From an uncultured Acidobacteriota bacterium (GTDB lineage Bacteria > Acidobacteriota > UBA6911), in NCBI GenBank assembly GCA_963827655.1, contig CAWHCF010000047.1, positions 46,111-110,110 of the forward strand: DNA of 64,000 bases, given 5' to 3'. The notes under the pieces were generated by a model. That model had not been told where the DNA came from. It did not search any database and worked only from the letters and a program-made list of their open reading frames with translations. This document shows positions 51,290 to 62,251 of this stretch, piece after piece. Made by a program: the position numbers and the translations under genes. Each line of letters begins with the position of its first letter. The stretch's first letter is position 1.

Positions 51290-52300
51290 CTACATATGAT
51301 ATGAAGAAACGCCAAGAATCGAGCGCCGATCACTGACCAGCAGAGCCTTTACTTCATCGGGAGTCGGAAAGGCCGGAATGGCGCCGCGTTTCATGGTTGC
51401 CAGAGCGCCGACGGCATTGGCGTAGCGCACCCATTCCGAAACAAGGGCCGCCTCAGGTTTCAGTTTCCGCAAATCATCCGGCACCGCAGCGAGGCAACGA
51501 AGAAACCCGGCGACAAACCCGTCCCCCGCTCCCGTGCCGTCTATCGCCGGCACCGAGAACCCCGGGACTTCCCCCTCCTCCTGATGCCAGCGGAAAATCG
51601 CACCCCTGGGCCCGCGGGTCACGATAATCGCGGCTTTTGTGAATCGTGAGAGAGCCTTGATACCCCGAATCACGTCCGAGAATCCCGTCAAGAATTGCAA
51701 TTCGCCCTCATTGACCTTTACCAGGTGCACCTTCTTGATCGTCTCCAGCACGGTCCTTTTCGCCGCGGCGCGCGACGGCCATAGATCAAGGCGCAGGTTC
51801 GGATCGCAGGAAACGAAAGTCCTTGGGCCGCTCAAGGCGGCGTTCAAGGCATGATGAGTAGCCGACCGGGTAGCCGGATGGATCAAGCTGATGCTGCCGT
51901 AGTGAAAAATCCTGCTCGAGCGCACCAGCCGCGCGGGAATGTCTCGTGTGCTCATGAAATGGTCCGCGGTGCGATCCCAGTAAAACAGGAAATCGCGCTC
52001 CGCATTTTCAGTAACGGAAACAAAAGCCAGAGGTGTCGCTCCCCGTGACGAGAGTCGCAAACCCGTTACGTCGACCCGGTTCTCCCTCAACGTATCCAGT
52101 AGAAACCGGCCGAATTCGTCGTCGCCGACCTTTCCGACGAAGCCCGCTTTAAGGCCCAGGCGGGAGGCCGCCACGGCAACATTCGCGGGAGCGCCGCCCG
52201 CGGCTTTCACGAAACCTGGAGCTGCTCGGAGGGATCCGGGAGTCGTCGCCACGAAATCGATCAGCAGTTCTCCCAGACAGACGAGATCGAATGATTCCAT
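51290..52300 (-). CDS. PfkB family carbohydrate kinase (fructokinase-like)
   Basis: GGAPANVA, GKVGDDEFG, DPNLR, DGTGAGDGF. Confidence 0.93.
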   Translation of the reverse strand: MESFDLVCLGELLIDFVATTPGSLRAAPGFVKAAGGAPANVAVAASRLGLKAGFVGKVGDDEFGRFLLDTLRENRVDVTGLRLSSRGATPLAFVSVTENAERDFLFYWDRTADHFMSTRDIPARLVRSSRIFHYGSISLIHPATRSATHHALNAALSGPRTFVSCDPNLRLDLWPSRAAAKRTVLETIKKVHLVKVNEGELQFLTGFSDVIRGIKALSRFTKAAIIVTRGPRGAIFRWHQEEGEVPGFSVPAIDGTGAGDGFVAGFLRCLAAVPDDLRKLKPEAALVSEWVRYANAVGALATMKRGAIPAFPTPDEVKALLVSDRRSILGVSSYHM

Positions 52301-52304
52301 CTCT

Positions 52305-52393
52305 TTCAGGATTCAGGATTCAGGAGCAAGCCTGGTCTCCCCGCCAGATCACCAGATCGATCCCTAGATCCTGAATCCTGGATCCTGAATCCT
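52305..52393. repeat. Heptamer (TTCAGGA) inverted array
   Basis: ttcaggattcaggattcagg ... gatcctgaatcctggatcctgaatcct. Confidence 0.88.
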
Positions 52394-53681
52394 AGCTCGG
52401 CCTCAGATCCAGACAGGTCAAGACATTCTCGCTGCGGACGTAGAGTAGTCCGTGAGAGAGAATCGGAGGACTCCAGCAGGGATAGTCGAGTACGCGAGCC
52501 CGCGCTTTCTCGATGTATCTGTCGACGTTCACTTCTATGAGGGCCAGATCGCCTCGCTCCCCCAGCGCAATCAGGTGCCCGTCCGCCATGATGAAGGAAG
52601 CCCGGCCGAGACCCTGGTCCGCAGCCCACTTCACAGTTCCGGTCTTGAATTCGATGCAGCGGAGATTCGAGCCGGACTCGTGCCTCCCGTCCATCCCGAA
52701 GAGAAAACCTTGCCAATAGATGCTGGTCGCCCAATGATTCTGCATGGCGGTCCGGTTCTGCCATAGAGTCTTCAGCCCACCGGGCTCCATCCGAAGCGCC
52801 ACCGCCCCCACGCCATAGGTCGCGGAAAGAAACACGGTGTCGTCCACCACAACAGGCGAAGCAGCATTGACCGATTCGTACATCCTGGACCTGAATGGGA
52901 AGCGGTAGGCTTCGGCGCCGGTCGTGACCTCCAGGGCGAGCAATCCCGCCTGGGTGAAGAAGATCGCCAGGCGTTTGCCGTTGATTGTCCGGGTGACAGG
53001 GGTTGAGTAGCTGGCGCCGTCGCTGCTCATCTTCCAGGCAGTCTTGCCGGTAAGCTTGTCGAAGGCAACCACGCCTGCCCCGTCCGGACCTCCCAGGTTC
53101 AGCAGCACGAGCCCTCCCTCGACTAGCGGCGCTGTTCCCGCGCCGAAAAAACCCTGTGGCACGCGGAATTCCTGGTTTGCCGGACGCTGCCACACGAGGC
53201 GGCCGGTTTCAAAATCGAGGCAGGTCAATGTCCCCTCCGCGCCATAGGCGTAGACGCGGTTTCCATCAATGGCAGGCGACGAACGCGGCCCGTTGTTGTA
53301 GCCGTAGCGATCTTCATACTGCGTCGGATACGCATAGCTCCACAGAGGCTTCCCGGTTTTGGCATCCAGGCAGTCGAGAGTCTCGCTGTCCTTCACGCGG
53401 TGAAAAACAATCAGCCGCCCCCGCGCGGTGACCGGGGCGCTATAGGCGTTCCCGACACGACGGCTCCAGAGCTTGGGAGGACCCGCGGCAGGCCATTTCT
53501 TCAGGATTCCGGTCTCGCGAGAGATTCCGTCCTGACGCGGTCCAAGAAAGCAGGGCCAGTCTTCGCCGGAAACCAATCGATCATCGGAACCTGCAGCGGC
53601 CAGGGCCCCCAAAAGCGCCATGAGGACAAGGGAACTACCGCCATGCGAAATCAATTTCCCAACTCCCTCGGAAAACGGCAC
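52392..53681 (-). CDS. PQQ-binding-like beta-propeller protein (BamB-like family)
   Basis: DWPCFLGP, GPPKLW, GPRSSP, CLDAKTGKPLW, WSPPILSHGLLYVR. Confidence 0.88.
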   Translation of the reverse strand: MPFSEGVGKLISHGGSSLVLMALLGALAAAGSDDRLVSGEDWPCFLGPRQDGISRETGILKKWPAAGPPKLWSRRVGNAYSAPVTARGRLIVFHRVKDSETLDCLDAKTGKPLWSYAYPTQYEDRYGYNNGPRSSPAIDGNRVYAYGAEGTLTCLDFETGRLVWQRPANQEFRVPQGFFGAGTAPLVEGGLVLLNLGGPDGAGVVAFDKLTGKTAWKMSSDGASYSTPVTRTINGKRLAIFFTQAGLLALEVTTGAEAYRFPFRSRMYESVNAASPVVVDDTVFLSATYGVGAVALRMEPGGLKTLWQNRTAMQNHWATSIYWQGFLFGMDGRHESGSNLRCIEFKTGTVKWAADQGLGRASFIMADGHLIALGERGDLALIEVNVDRYIEKARARVLDYPCWSPPILSHGLLYVRSENVLTCLDLRPS

Positions 53682-53884
53682 TCCGCCGAAAAGCTGTGGT
53701 GCGCGGCGCTCAGTGTAGGTCGCCTACCCCGGATTTGCAACCGAGCGGCGCTGTCTCGAGTTCAGGCGTGCGAAGTTATCGGGCGGGATGCTTGGGTCAG
53801 GGAAACAAATAATTACACAGGCCTAATGCGCAACCAGACTATGGTTGTGTTTCTTTGAGTCTCAGAGTCTTCGTGGTTAGCGTC

Positions 53885-54451
53885 TCAGTTCGCCGGCTTG
53901 ACATCGACCGACCAGCTTCGGTCTCCCCACAACATCGTCAGGACGCCGCCGGGATCCAGCGTGATTGTGAAGAGCTCGACGGGAGTGGCAACCGTGCCGG
54001 ACTTCATCGGCACTCGGGCAATTTCTTTATCGGCGATGTTCTTCTGATAGCCATCCAGGCGCGGGAAGATCAGCTTGGCTGCCTCCGGAGGCGCCGCAGG
54101 CCACAGTTTGATCAGCTCGATTCCAGGATCGGTATTGACCGCGAGGGACCAGTCGCCCGACTCCGGAATATGCACGTAGAGCGTATATTTCCCAGCCGGA
54201 ACTTTTTTGCCTCCAATCAGAATGTCCCCTTCGGTCGTCAGAGTGGTGACCCGGTCCGAGCCGGCACGCCACATACGATCCGGGGGAAGTTGGGCGGTGA
54301 GGTCCTTGACGGCGCGTCCCTTCAGCGCAGGCCGGCCGTACTCGATCGTGATCTGCTTTCCTTTGAGGCTGGCCGTGGCGGTTCCCCGCGGGGCGGGAGC
54401 CTGAGCCAGGACGGCGCTCGAAACAAGCAACGGTATCCATCGAATCCACAT
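53885..54451 (-). CDS. DUF2911 domain protein
   Basis: ITIEYGRPALKGR, WRAGSD, VPAGKYTLY. Confidence 0.88.
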   Translation of the reverse strand: MWIRWIPLLVSSAVLAQAPAPRGTATASLKGKQITIEYGRPALKGRAVKDLTAQLPPDRMWRAGSDRVTTLTTEGDILIGGKKVPAGKYTLYVHIPESGDWSLAVNTDPGIELIKLWPAAPPEAAKLIFPRLDGYQKNIADKEIARVPMKSGTVATPVELFTITLDPGGVLTMLWGDRSWSVDVKPAN

Positions 54452-54487
54452 AGGAGAAGCTCCTTGTTAAGTCGAAGTAACGCTGGA

Positions 54488-54516
54488 AACGTAGGCCGCT
54501 GGAGAAAAAATGTCAA
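54488..54516 (-). promoter_or_regulatory. sigma70 promoter of the DUF2911 gene
   Basis: TTGACA-N17-TACGTT. Confidence 0.55.
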
Positions 54517-54580
54517 TCCCGGTGTTAGTATCTTCGGGGTTCTTTGCGCCTTCGCGTCCTGGCGGTGAAAAAGATTCCTT

Positions 54581-56078
54581 ATGAGCCAGCCCTACCTGGT
54601 AATGCGCGGGATATCAAAGTCCTTCCCGGGAGTTAAAGCTCTCGATGAGGCTTCTCTCGAGGTTCGTTCGGGCGAGTGTCACGCCCTGGTAGGGGAGAAT
54701 GGCGCCGGCAAGTCGACATTGATGAAAGTACTCGCCGGAGCCGTGCCTCCCGATGGCGGAGACATTTTCCTGGATGGACGGCGGGCCGGAATCGCGTCTC
54801 CCCTGGTGGCGCGCCGGTACGGAATCAGCATGATCTACCAGGAACTCAATCTGCTTCCCCAACTCACGGCGGCGGAGAATATCTTCCTCGGACGCGAGCC
54901 GCGGCGCGGGTTCGGATTGCTCAATCGACCCCAAATGATCGACGACAGCAGGGCATGGCTCAATCGGCTGCACCAGAAAATCGATCCCCGGTCCCTGGCG
55001 CGCAATCTCACTCTGGCCCAGCAACAGATGGTGGAAATTGTAAAAGCGGTGTCGATGCAGGTCCGCATCCTGGTCATGGATGAGCCGTCATCCATTTTGA
55101 CCGACCGGGAATTGGAAGAGCTCTTTCGGCTCATCGCCAGACTGAAAGCGGACGGCCTGGGGATCATTTACATTTCACATCGGCTCGACGAAGTCTTTCG
55201 CGCTTGCGATCGTGTCACTGTGATGCGCGACGGTCGCACAATCAAGACCCACGAGGTATCCGGAGTTTCACAGGAACAGCTGGTCAGGGAAATGGTGGGG
55301 CGCGAGCTGGAACGCATTTTCCCTGCCCGGCAAGACCCGCGTGACGAAGTCGTGCTTGAAACCAGAACCCTGACGCGCCGCCCACGATTTCACAAGGTTT
55401 CGCTCCGTATTCGACGCGGCGAAATTGTAGGTCTGGCCGGCCTGGTGGGCTCGGGCCGCAGCGACCTGGCCCGCGCCATCTTTGGCGCCGATGGAGTCGA
55501 AGAAGGTGAGATATGGTTCGAAAACCAGCGGCTCCATCACCACACGCCCGATCAGGCGATACGCCGGGGAATGGGCCTGCTCACCGAAGATCGCAAATCC
55601 CTGGGGCTCCTCTTGAACATGACGGTTCGGGAGAACATAACACTGGCCGGGCTGGCCCGGGTCTCTACAACGGTCTTCATCTCCCGAAGCAAGGAAAGGA
55701 AGCAGGTTCTTCCATTGGTCCAGAATCTGCGCATCAAGGCTCCGTCACTCGAACAACGCGTGAGCACGCCTTTCGGGAGGGAACCAGCAGAAAACGATAC
55801 TGGCTCGCTGGCTCTTCACCGAGAGCCGATTCCTGATCTTCGATGAGCCCACGCGCGGTGTCGATGTGGGGGCCAAAGCCGAAATCTATCAGCTCATAGT
55901 CAACCTCGCGGCGCAGGGTCGCAGCATTCTGGTTATCTCCTCGGAGTTGCCCGAAATTCTTGGTCTCTGCCATCGCATCTATGTCATGCGCGAGGGAGAA
56001 ATTGCCGGGGAGTTCGCGGCTCCTGATGCGTCTCAGGAATCGCTGCTGGCCACGGCGATGGGGATCGGGATGGAATAG
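54581..56078 (+). CDS. Monosaccharide ABC ATP-binding protein (RbsA-like), frameshift ~55770
   Basis: GENGAGKST, tandem ATPase domains; LSGGNQQK...[17 protein letters not shown] in the shifted frame. Confidence 0.92.
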
Positions 56079-56125
56079 CCTCATGCTTCGCGTCCCGGCG
56101 TCCTGGTTGATTACGCGGTGAGAAA

Positions 56126-57070
56126 ATGGGCATTCCCGAACGGTTGCGCACGACGGAATTCATCATCTTTCTAACGGTCGTGGCTGAATGCGCGGTCTTC
56201 GCTTTCTTGTCTCCCAGTTTTCTTACGTTGAACAATTTCATCAACGTCACTCTTCAAATCGCAATCTACGGCATTCTGGCCGTGGGGATGACCGTCGTGA
56301 TGATCAGCGGCGGCATCGACTTGTCGATCGGATCGATCGTCGCCCTGGCCGGAGTGATAGCCGCGATCTCTTCGAAAGCCTCGTTCGTGCCTTCGATAGC
56401 CGTTGCGACAGCCATTCTGGCCGGCGTCGGCATAGGAACCTTGGCCGGAGCCACGTCCGGCATTTTCATTGCCCGCTTCGGCATCCCCCCATTTATTGTG
56501 ACGCTCGCGATGATGACCATTTGCCGCGGAGTTGTGTTTACCATAACGGGCGGGTTCACCGAGGGTGAGCTGCCTGACAGCTTCGGCTGGCTTGGGCGAG
56601 GGCATCTCTGGCACGTTCCTGTGCCTGTGGCTGTGATGGCTCTGCTCTTCGCTGCCGGTTACGTAGTGCTTGAACAGACCGCCTTCGGCCGCCACATCTA
56701 TGCGCTGGGCGGAAATGAGGAAGCCAGCCGCCTGTCGGGAATTCGGGTGCGACGGGCCAAGGTTCTGGTCTATTCCCTCAACGGACTGCTCGCGGGACTG
56801 GCCGGCGTTACTCTGGCCGCGCGCCTGGGAGCCGGGGCGCCGAATTCGGGCTTACAATACGAGCTCGACGTGATTGCGGCCGTGGTCGTCGGCGGGACGA
56901 GCCTCAGTGGGGGCCGCGGCAGAATTCTGGGGACTCTGGCTGGAACGGTCTTCATCGGCGTGTTGAACAACGGTCTGAACCTGGCGAATGTCGATCCCTA
57001 CACGCAGAAAATCGCATTGGGAATCGTGATTCTCGCCGCGGTCTGGTTCGACATGGCTCAAAGACGGTGA
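56126..57070 (+). CDS. Monosaccharide ABC permease (RbsC-like)
   Basis: GGIDLSIGS, FGRHIYALGGNEEASRLSGI, YELDVIAAVVVGGTSL. Confidence 0.94.
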   Translation: MGIPERLRTTEFIIFLTVVAECAVFAFLSPSFLTLNNFINVTLQIAIYGILAVGMTVVMISGGIDLSIGSIVALAGVIAAISSKASFVPSIAVATAILAGVGIGTLAGATSGIFIARFGIPPFIVTLAMMTICRGVVFTITGGFTEGELPDSFGWLGRGHLWHVPVPVAVMALLFAAGYVVLEQTAFGRHIYALGGNEEASRLSGIRVRRAKVLVYSLNGLLAGLAGVTLAARLGAGAPNSGLQYELDVIAAVVVGGTSLSGGRGRILGTLAGTVFIGVLNNGLNLANVDPYTQKIALGIVILAAVWFDMAQRR

Positions 57071-57106
57071 GGATCCAGGATTCAGGGACTACCTTTTCCC
57101 CTCGGG

Positions 57107-57922
57107 CTAATTCTTGAATCCTGAATCCGAACCCATTTGAGCCGCCAGCCACGCGGCGGCATCGGCGATAGCCACCGGCGGCAGCACGTGTCCCGAATCC
57201 CACCAGCGGATCTCCTTGGGCTCGCGCGCCGCCTGAAACAAGCGCTCCGCCTGAGCAGGGGGGATCGTGTGGTCTCCACGGCCGTGCACCATGAGAAGAG
57301 GACGACCGCCCAGACGGGCTACCAGTTTCAGCGGATCTGCAATCGAGCGCGCAATCGTCGCGAAGGGAATGTAATCGGGCAGGTCCCCCGCCGCCGCCAG
57401 TAGAACAGCGCGCACCGAAGGCTCGCGCGTCGCGACTTTGAGTCCGAGAAAAGCGCCCAGCGAATAACCTACGAGCGAAAGTCGCTTGGAGTCCAGGTCG
57501 GCTCGCTGGCCAAGGTAACGCAGGGCGAGCGCAGATTGGTCGAGCGCAGCCCGCCACTGCCGGACCGCCTCGAAAGGCGTGCGTATCGAAAGCGCGCTGA
57601 TCGCCCCTGAGCGCTCGCCGTGAAGAGGAAGATCGATCGCGAGACTGGCAATCCCTCGGGCGAGGAGCTCGGTGCCCACGTGATCCGCCATGCGTTCCTT
57701 GTCGAGCATGAAGCCATGGAGCAGGAGGGCTGCGGGAGCGGGCCCGGTGGCAGGGAGAAGGAGGACGCCGGGAAGCGGGTCGCCATTCGACTCCAGGTAG
57801 AGGGTAAGCCTCCGCCCGCCGGGAACCTCCCTTTCGTTTCGAATCGAGTGGTTCACCCTGTCGGACACGGACGGCTCAAAAAAAATGTCAAACTCTCCTG
57901 CGCGACTTTCGACATGATGCAA
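57107..57922 (-). CDS. Alpha/beta hydrolase
   Basis: LLLHG, GYSLG nucleophile motif, HGRGDHTIP, DSGH; start uncertain. Confidence 0.85.
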   Translation of the reverse strand: MHHVESRAGEFDIFFEPSVSDRVNHSIRNEREVPGGRRLTLYLESNGDPLPGVLLLPATGPAPAALLLHGFMLDKERMADHVGTELLARGIASLAIDLPLHGERSGAISALSIRTPFEAVRQWRAALDQSALALRYLGQRADLDSKRLSLVGYSLGAFLGLKVATREPSVRAVLLAAAGDLPDYIPFATIARSIADPLKLVARLGGRPLLMVHGRGDHTIPPAQAERLFQAAREPKEIRWWDSGHVLPPVAIADAAAWLAAQMGSDSGFKN

Positions 57923-57969
57923 GAATCATGGACAAGTTTCTTCGACCGTAGCCCTGAAGATGACAATCC

Positions 57970-59268
57970 TTAGTGTTTCTTCGTGTCTTCGCGTCTCGGT
58001 GGTATCTGTTCGGGAGCGTGGGCTTCCGAAGGTCCCCTTTCCTTCTGAAGCTCTCGAGAGATCTTCTCTACCTGGGCCATGACCCGCAGGAGATTCCGCC
58101 CGAGAATCTTGAGTATCTCGTCGTCCCGGTAACCTCGGCGAACCAGTTCCGCGGTCAAGGCGGGATACTTTGAGACATCCTCCAGGCCTTCCGGAACGCT
58201 GGTGATGCCATCAAAGTCAGAGCCCAGGCCAATGTGATCGATTCCGGCAACCTTTCGAATGTGATCGATATGGTCGGCGATCTCGCTCAATTGCGCCCGG
58301 GGCGCAGGATTAATCTGGTCCCATCGGGCCAGCCCGGCGTCCACCGATTTTTGCGTACTGCCCGGCATTCTTTTCAACCGGTTAGTTTCGTCGTCTCGCC
58401 TTTGCTCGTAAATCCGGACTGGATTCGATATGAACGAGGGAACGAACGTCACCATTACCAGGCCTCCGTTCCCGGGCAGCCGCTTGAGCACGTCGTCGGG
58501 CACGTTACGGGCGTGATCGCAAAGAGCGCGCGCCGACGAATGACTGAAGATTACCGGCGCCTGCGTGACTTCGAGCGCGTCTTTCATAGTCTCTGGTGAA
58601 ACATGGGAAAGATCGACCAGCATTCCGAGCCAGTTCATCTCACGGACGATTTCCTCGCCAAACCTGGTTAAGCCATTCGCCTGAGGCGGGGCACAGCAGG
58701 CATCGGCCCAGGGGGTGTTGGCGCTGTGGGTCAGGGTCATGTATCGCGCCCCGAGCCTGAAGAACATACGCAGGACAGCGAGTGAGTTGTCGATCGAGTG
58801 CCCTCCCTCCATGCCAATCAGTGAGGCGATCTTGCCCGCCCGGAAGCTTTGCTCGATTTCCTGCGAAGTAAGGGCTAACTGGAAGACTTCGGGATACCGA
58901 CGGACCATCCGGTGAACCACGTCGATCTGTTCCAGAGTTGCGCGAATGGCTTCGTTCCCCTGCATCGTCGCGGGCACATAAACCGACCAGAACTGCGCGC
59001 CCACGCCTCCGGCGCGCAGTCGCGGGATATCGGTGTGCAAGTCAGGTTGAGCTTTGCTGATGTCGATTCTTGACAAATCTCGATTCGCCTTCTGCCGGTA
59101 TTGCCACGGAAGGTCGTTGTGCCCGTCAACCAGCAGCGCAGGCGTTCGCTGATCCGGGTCCGCCGGAGGGCCTCCTCTGGGTTGTGAGCAGGAGAGAGCA
59201 AGGCAGAGGCTCGTCAAAGCGAGCGCAGGAAGCAAGCTCTTGAGTGGGCTGGACCGAAGACAATTCAT
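57970..59268 (-). CDS. Membrane dipeptidase (peptidase M19), probable lipoprotein
   Basis: [30 protein letters not shown]; LALSC lipobox. Confidence 0.93.
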   Translation of the reverse strand: MNCLRSSPLKSLLPALALTSLCLALSCSQPRGGPPADPDQRTPALLVDGHNDLPWQYRQKANRDLSRIDISKAQPDLHTDIPRLRAGGVGAQFWSVYVPATMQGNEAIRATLEQIDVVHRMVRRYPEVFQLALTSQEIEQSFRAGKIASLIGMEGGHSIDNSLAVLRMFFRLGARYMTLTHSANTPWADACCAPPQANGLTRFGEEIVREMNWLGMLVDLSHVSPETMKDALEVTQAPVIFSHSSARALCDHARNVPDDVLKRLPGNGGLVMVTFVPSFISNPVRIYEQRRDDETNRLKRMPGSTQKSVDAGLARWDQINPAPRAQLSEIADHIDHIRKVAGIDHIGLGSDFDGITSVPEGLEDVSKYPALTAELVRRGYRDDEILKILGRNLLRVMAQVEKISRELQKERGPSEAHAPEQIPPRREDTKKH

Positions 59269-59279
59269 ACCATCCTCTG

Positions 59280-59403
59280 AGTTTTACATTCTGCTTCAGG
59301 CCCTCGGACCCGCTGGCGAGGCGCGAGCGACCATGCACACCCAGCGCCGTACGTGACGAGCGAGCAACAAAGCCAGCGGGCCTGCGGGACGCAGCCGAAG
59401 GGG
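59280..59403 (+). mobile_element. MITE family A, partial copy (left part)
   Basis: agttttacattctg...cccgctggcgaggcgc...gagcgagcaacaaagccagcgggcctgcggg matches 46923-47043. Confidence 0.82.
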
Positions 59404-59566
59404 CTGTAGCACAACGACCCGATACATGTGCGGACGGGCTCTCGATAGCCCGTCCGGCCCCCTAGTGGCACAGAAGAACTTTTAAGGCTAAATCCTCCCG
59501 ATCACGCTACTTGCGACGGTCTCTGATTGACCCGTCGCCACTTAAGGCTTCGGAAATTTCTTCACA
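59401..59566 (-). mobile_element. REPIN/MITE-like element, family B copy 2
   Basis: Reverse complement aligns with 13780-13936; stems conserved, loops differ. Confidence 0.78.
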
Positions 59567-59590
59567 TCTCACTCACGGGCCCGGGGGGAG

Positions 59591-59619
59591 TTTACAGTGT
59601 GCGACCGTTGATGTATATT
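59591..59619 (+). promoter_or_regulatory. sigma70 promoter of the dksA-like gene
   Basis: TTTACA-N17-TATATT. Confidence 0.55.
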
Positions 59620-59675
59620 TACTGTTTTTTTCAGAACATCGGTTACATCCGGTAGAGAGGTGGTTGCGACCATTT

Positions 59676-60017
59676 ATGAAGAAAGCAGACCTTAGGCGGT
59701 TCAGATCGATACTCGAGGAGAAGCGCGACTCGGTCGTCAGCTCGACAGGAAAGAAGACCCACTGGGAGAACATGGAAAACACCCGGCATGGTGATTTCGT
59801 GGACCAGGCGAGCGACGACAATGAAGTCCACGTTAATATACGGTTGCGCCAGACCGATGCAAAGCTGCTGCGCGCTATCGAAGCCGCGATCAGCCGCATC
59901 GAGAATGGAATCTTCGGAATCTGCACGATTTGCGAGGAAGAAATCAGCCTGGCGCGGCTGAATGCAGTTCCATGGACCTCGGTCTGCATCGTGTGCAAGG
60001 AGAAGAAGACGGCCTGA
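59676..60017 (+). CDS. TraR/DksA family C4 zinc-finger protein
   Basis: GDFVDQA coiled-coil tip, FGICTICEEEI...RLNAVPWTSVCIVC. Confidence 0.92.
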   Translation: MKKADLRRFRSILEEKRDSVVSSTGKKTHWENMENTRHGDFVDQASDDNEVHVNIRLRQTDAKLLRAIEAAISRIENGIFGICTICEEEISLARLNAVPWTSVCIVCKEKKTA

Positions 60018-60040
60018 TTTTCAGCCGTTCCGGCTTGTGG

Positions 60041-60070
60041 AAAGGCGTCCGATCGAGGACGCCTTTTTTT
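60041..60070 (+). terminator. Intrinsic terminator
   Basis: AAAGGCGTCC-gatcga-GGACGCCTTT followed by further Ts. Confidence 0.8.
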
Positions 60071-60155
60071 GGCAACCTGCACCGCGAGGACCGGTCGCGA
60101 TTCCTTGCGTCTTCGGGGCTTCGTGGTGAGAGCTTCTCGAGACAGACCCTGAGGA

Positions 60156-61034
60156 TCAAGCCTGCGAGCCCCGCCGCGTCGCAATGTAGATGCCCAGCAA
60201 GATAATGCCGCCTCCGGCTATTTTCGACCCGGTGAGCGACTCATTGAGAAAGAGATAAGCCAGGAGACTCGCTCCCACCGGTTCCGCCAGGCTGATAAGG
60301 GCAACCTTCGCCGGTGAAAGCCAGCGGAGAGCCCAGTTGTACGACGTATGTCCGATACATTGAGGGACGAGGGCTAGAAGAAAAAGATAAAGGTAGGTTG
60401 AAGGCTGGAAACCCCAAAGCGGCGTACCCGAGACGATACCGGCCAGGATCAGCACAGCGGCAGAAGTGCCATACACGGGCCAGACAAAAGCGAGAAGCGA
60501 GAGTCGTTGCCGGGCCTGGCCGCCGACAAAAAAATAAACAGCCATCGCGATGGCACCCCCGATCGCCAGAGCATTACCCCTCAAGCTCCCGGGCGCTCCC
60601 AACCAATCGCCCTGAAAAATCACCACGCATCCGGAAAAGGCTATTGTCAGACCGGTCCAAAATGAGCGACCGCACGGCTGGTTGAAAAACCAATGACTCA
60701 CCAGGCCTATGAAAAAAGGGGTCGTGTCCACCAGGACAACCGAGCTGGCGACCGACGTGTAGGAAAGCGAAGCAATCCAGAGAGCGAAATGGCATGCGAG
60801 AGCCAGACCCGCAAGAAATATGCGCATCAAGTCGCCGCGAGATAGTGCAAGGAGCTCGCGGGCAGGTCCGGACGCCACAACAGGAATGAATACAATGGTG
60901 GCCAGCAATACTCTATAGGCCGCGGCCGCAAGAGCCGGAGCCGATGCCAGCCGGATAAAGAGCGATCCGCAGGAGACAGACAGGATCCCGATCGTTAACA
61001 GCACGACCAGGCGCGCGCTACTGGGCCGTTCCAT
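60156..61034 (-). CDS. DMT/EamA family transporter
   Basis: About 10 TM segments, HFALWIASLSYTSVASS, GHTSYNWAL, EPVGA. Confidence 0.92.
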   Translation of the reverse strand: MERPSSARLVVLLTIGILSVSCGSLFIRLASAPALAAAAYRVLLATIVFIPVVASGPARELLALSRGDLMRIFLAGLALACHFALWIASLSYTSVASSVVLVDTTPFFIGLVSHWFFNQPCGRSFWTGLTIAFSGCVVIFQGDWLGAPGSLRGNALAIGGAIAMAVYFFVGGQARQRLSLLAFVWPVYGTSAAVLILAGIVSGTPLWGFQPSTYLYLFLLALVPQCIGHTSYNWALRWLSPAKVALISLAEPVGASLLAYLFLNESLTGSKIAGGGIILLGIYIATRRGSQA

Positions 61035-61128
61035 GGAGTTCCTCGAATCCAACCTATGCTAGTATGTTCATCCGGTTATCCGAAGTATCTTCGTACTTTC
61101 TTCATGCGGTCGACCCCAGGAGGATCCT

Positions 61129-61689
61129 TTGCCGAAGATCTATACCCGGACCGGCGACGACGGGACCACAGGGCTCATAGGAGGAAAGCGGCTTTCGAAG
61201 GATGCTCCGCGAATACAGGCCTACGGTTCCATCGATGAACTGAACGCGCTCATTGGAGTGGTTCGCAGCCACGACCTGCCGGAGCGCGTAGACGCAGTGT
61301 TGCGCGGTATCCAGGATGAATTGTTCACTGTTGGCGCTCACCTGGCCCTTCCGGAGGGAGCGGACATGCAGCGCTGGAGGATTCCGGTCCTCACGGAGGC
61401 GAGTGTTGAGACACTCGAAAGAGAAATCGATGAGTGCGAGGCACTCGTCGAGCCCTTGCGCCAATTCATTCTGCCTGGTGGTACGCCTGCCGGAGCCCTG
61501 TTACACATGGCGCGCACCGTTGCGCGGCGCGCCGAGCGCTGCTGCGTTTCCCTGGCGGCCTGTGAAAAAGTAGACCCGCTCGTTCTCAGTTACCTCAATC
61601 GGCTCTCCGACCTTTGTTTCGTACTTGCGCGTTATGTCAATTCATTGGGCGGACGCTCCGAGTCTCATCCGACCTTCGGACGAGGGTGA
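61129..61689 (+). CDS. pduO: ATP:cob(I)alamin adenosyltransferase (PduO type)
   Basis: KIYTRTGDDG, YGSIDELN, FILPGG, RRAER, YLNRLSD; AGGAGG RBS. Confidence 0.95.
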   Translation: MPKIYTRTGDDGTTGLIGGKRLSKDAPRIQAYGSIDELNALIGVVRSHDLPERVDAVLRGIQDELFTVGAHLALPEGADMQRWRIPVLTEASVETLEREIDECEALVEPLRQFILPGGTPAGALLHMARTVARRAERCCVSLAACEKVDPLVLSYLNRLSDLCFVLARYVNSLGGRSESHPTFGRG

Positions 61690-61780
61690 GCTTTGCCCGG
61701 GCAGCACATACCAACAAGACTTGAAGGATCGCAAAGACCTCGCTGGCGAAGCTGCTATATTAAGGATCCGGAGGTGGAGT

Positions 61781-62251
61781 ATGCATTATTGCCCGAACTG
61801 TCAGGCGGAATACAGCGTGGGATCGGCTCGCTGCGCGCAATGCGGCGAAGACCTGGCCGCGGGATCCTCTACGAAAGAGCCCTCCAGCGAGGACACTCAA
61901 AAACTGGTCCTGCTTGCGACCTTTCCCTCCGTGGTTGAAGCCGAAATGATCAAGGAGCTGCTCGAAACCAATGGCATCGAAACCATGATACGCGGAGAAA
62001 CCGATCCTATCGGGACCAAGAGCGGCGCAGCTCCCTCGCAACTGCTGGTGTTGGAACAAGACCTTGACCGTGCCCAGGCGTTGTACCAGGCGTTTTTCGC
62101 CGGCAAGCCGGAAGGGAAGTTTCACAGAATTCGACGAATGATGATTGGGACGCCCTTGCTTGGCTCGCCAGGGAAAGGGAGGGCTGGGCCCAATCTCAAA
62201 AGAACCCCTGAACCCACCTTCATCATCGGCAGGACTTCCTTGGGTAAATGA
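61781..62251 (+). CDS. Zinc-ribbon + DUF2007 (putative signal-transducing) protein; C-terminal extent uncertain
   Basis: YCPNC..CAQC, EAEMIKELLETNGIE; GGAG RBS. Confidence 0.75.
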   Translation: MHYCPNCQAEYSVGSARCAQCGEDLAAGSSTKEPSSEDTQKLVLLATFPSVVEAEMIKELLETNGIETMIRGETDPIGTKSGAAPSQLLVLEQDLDRAQALYQAFFAGKPEGKFHRIRRMMIGTPLLGSPGKGRAGPNLKRTPEPTFIIGRTSLGK

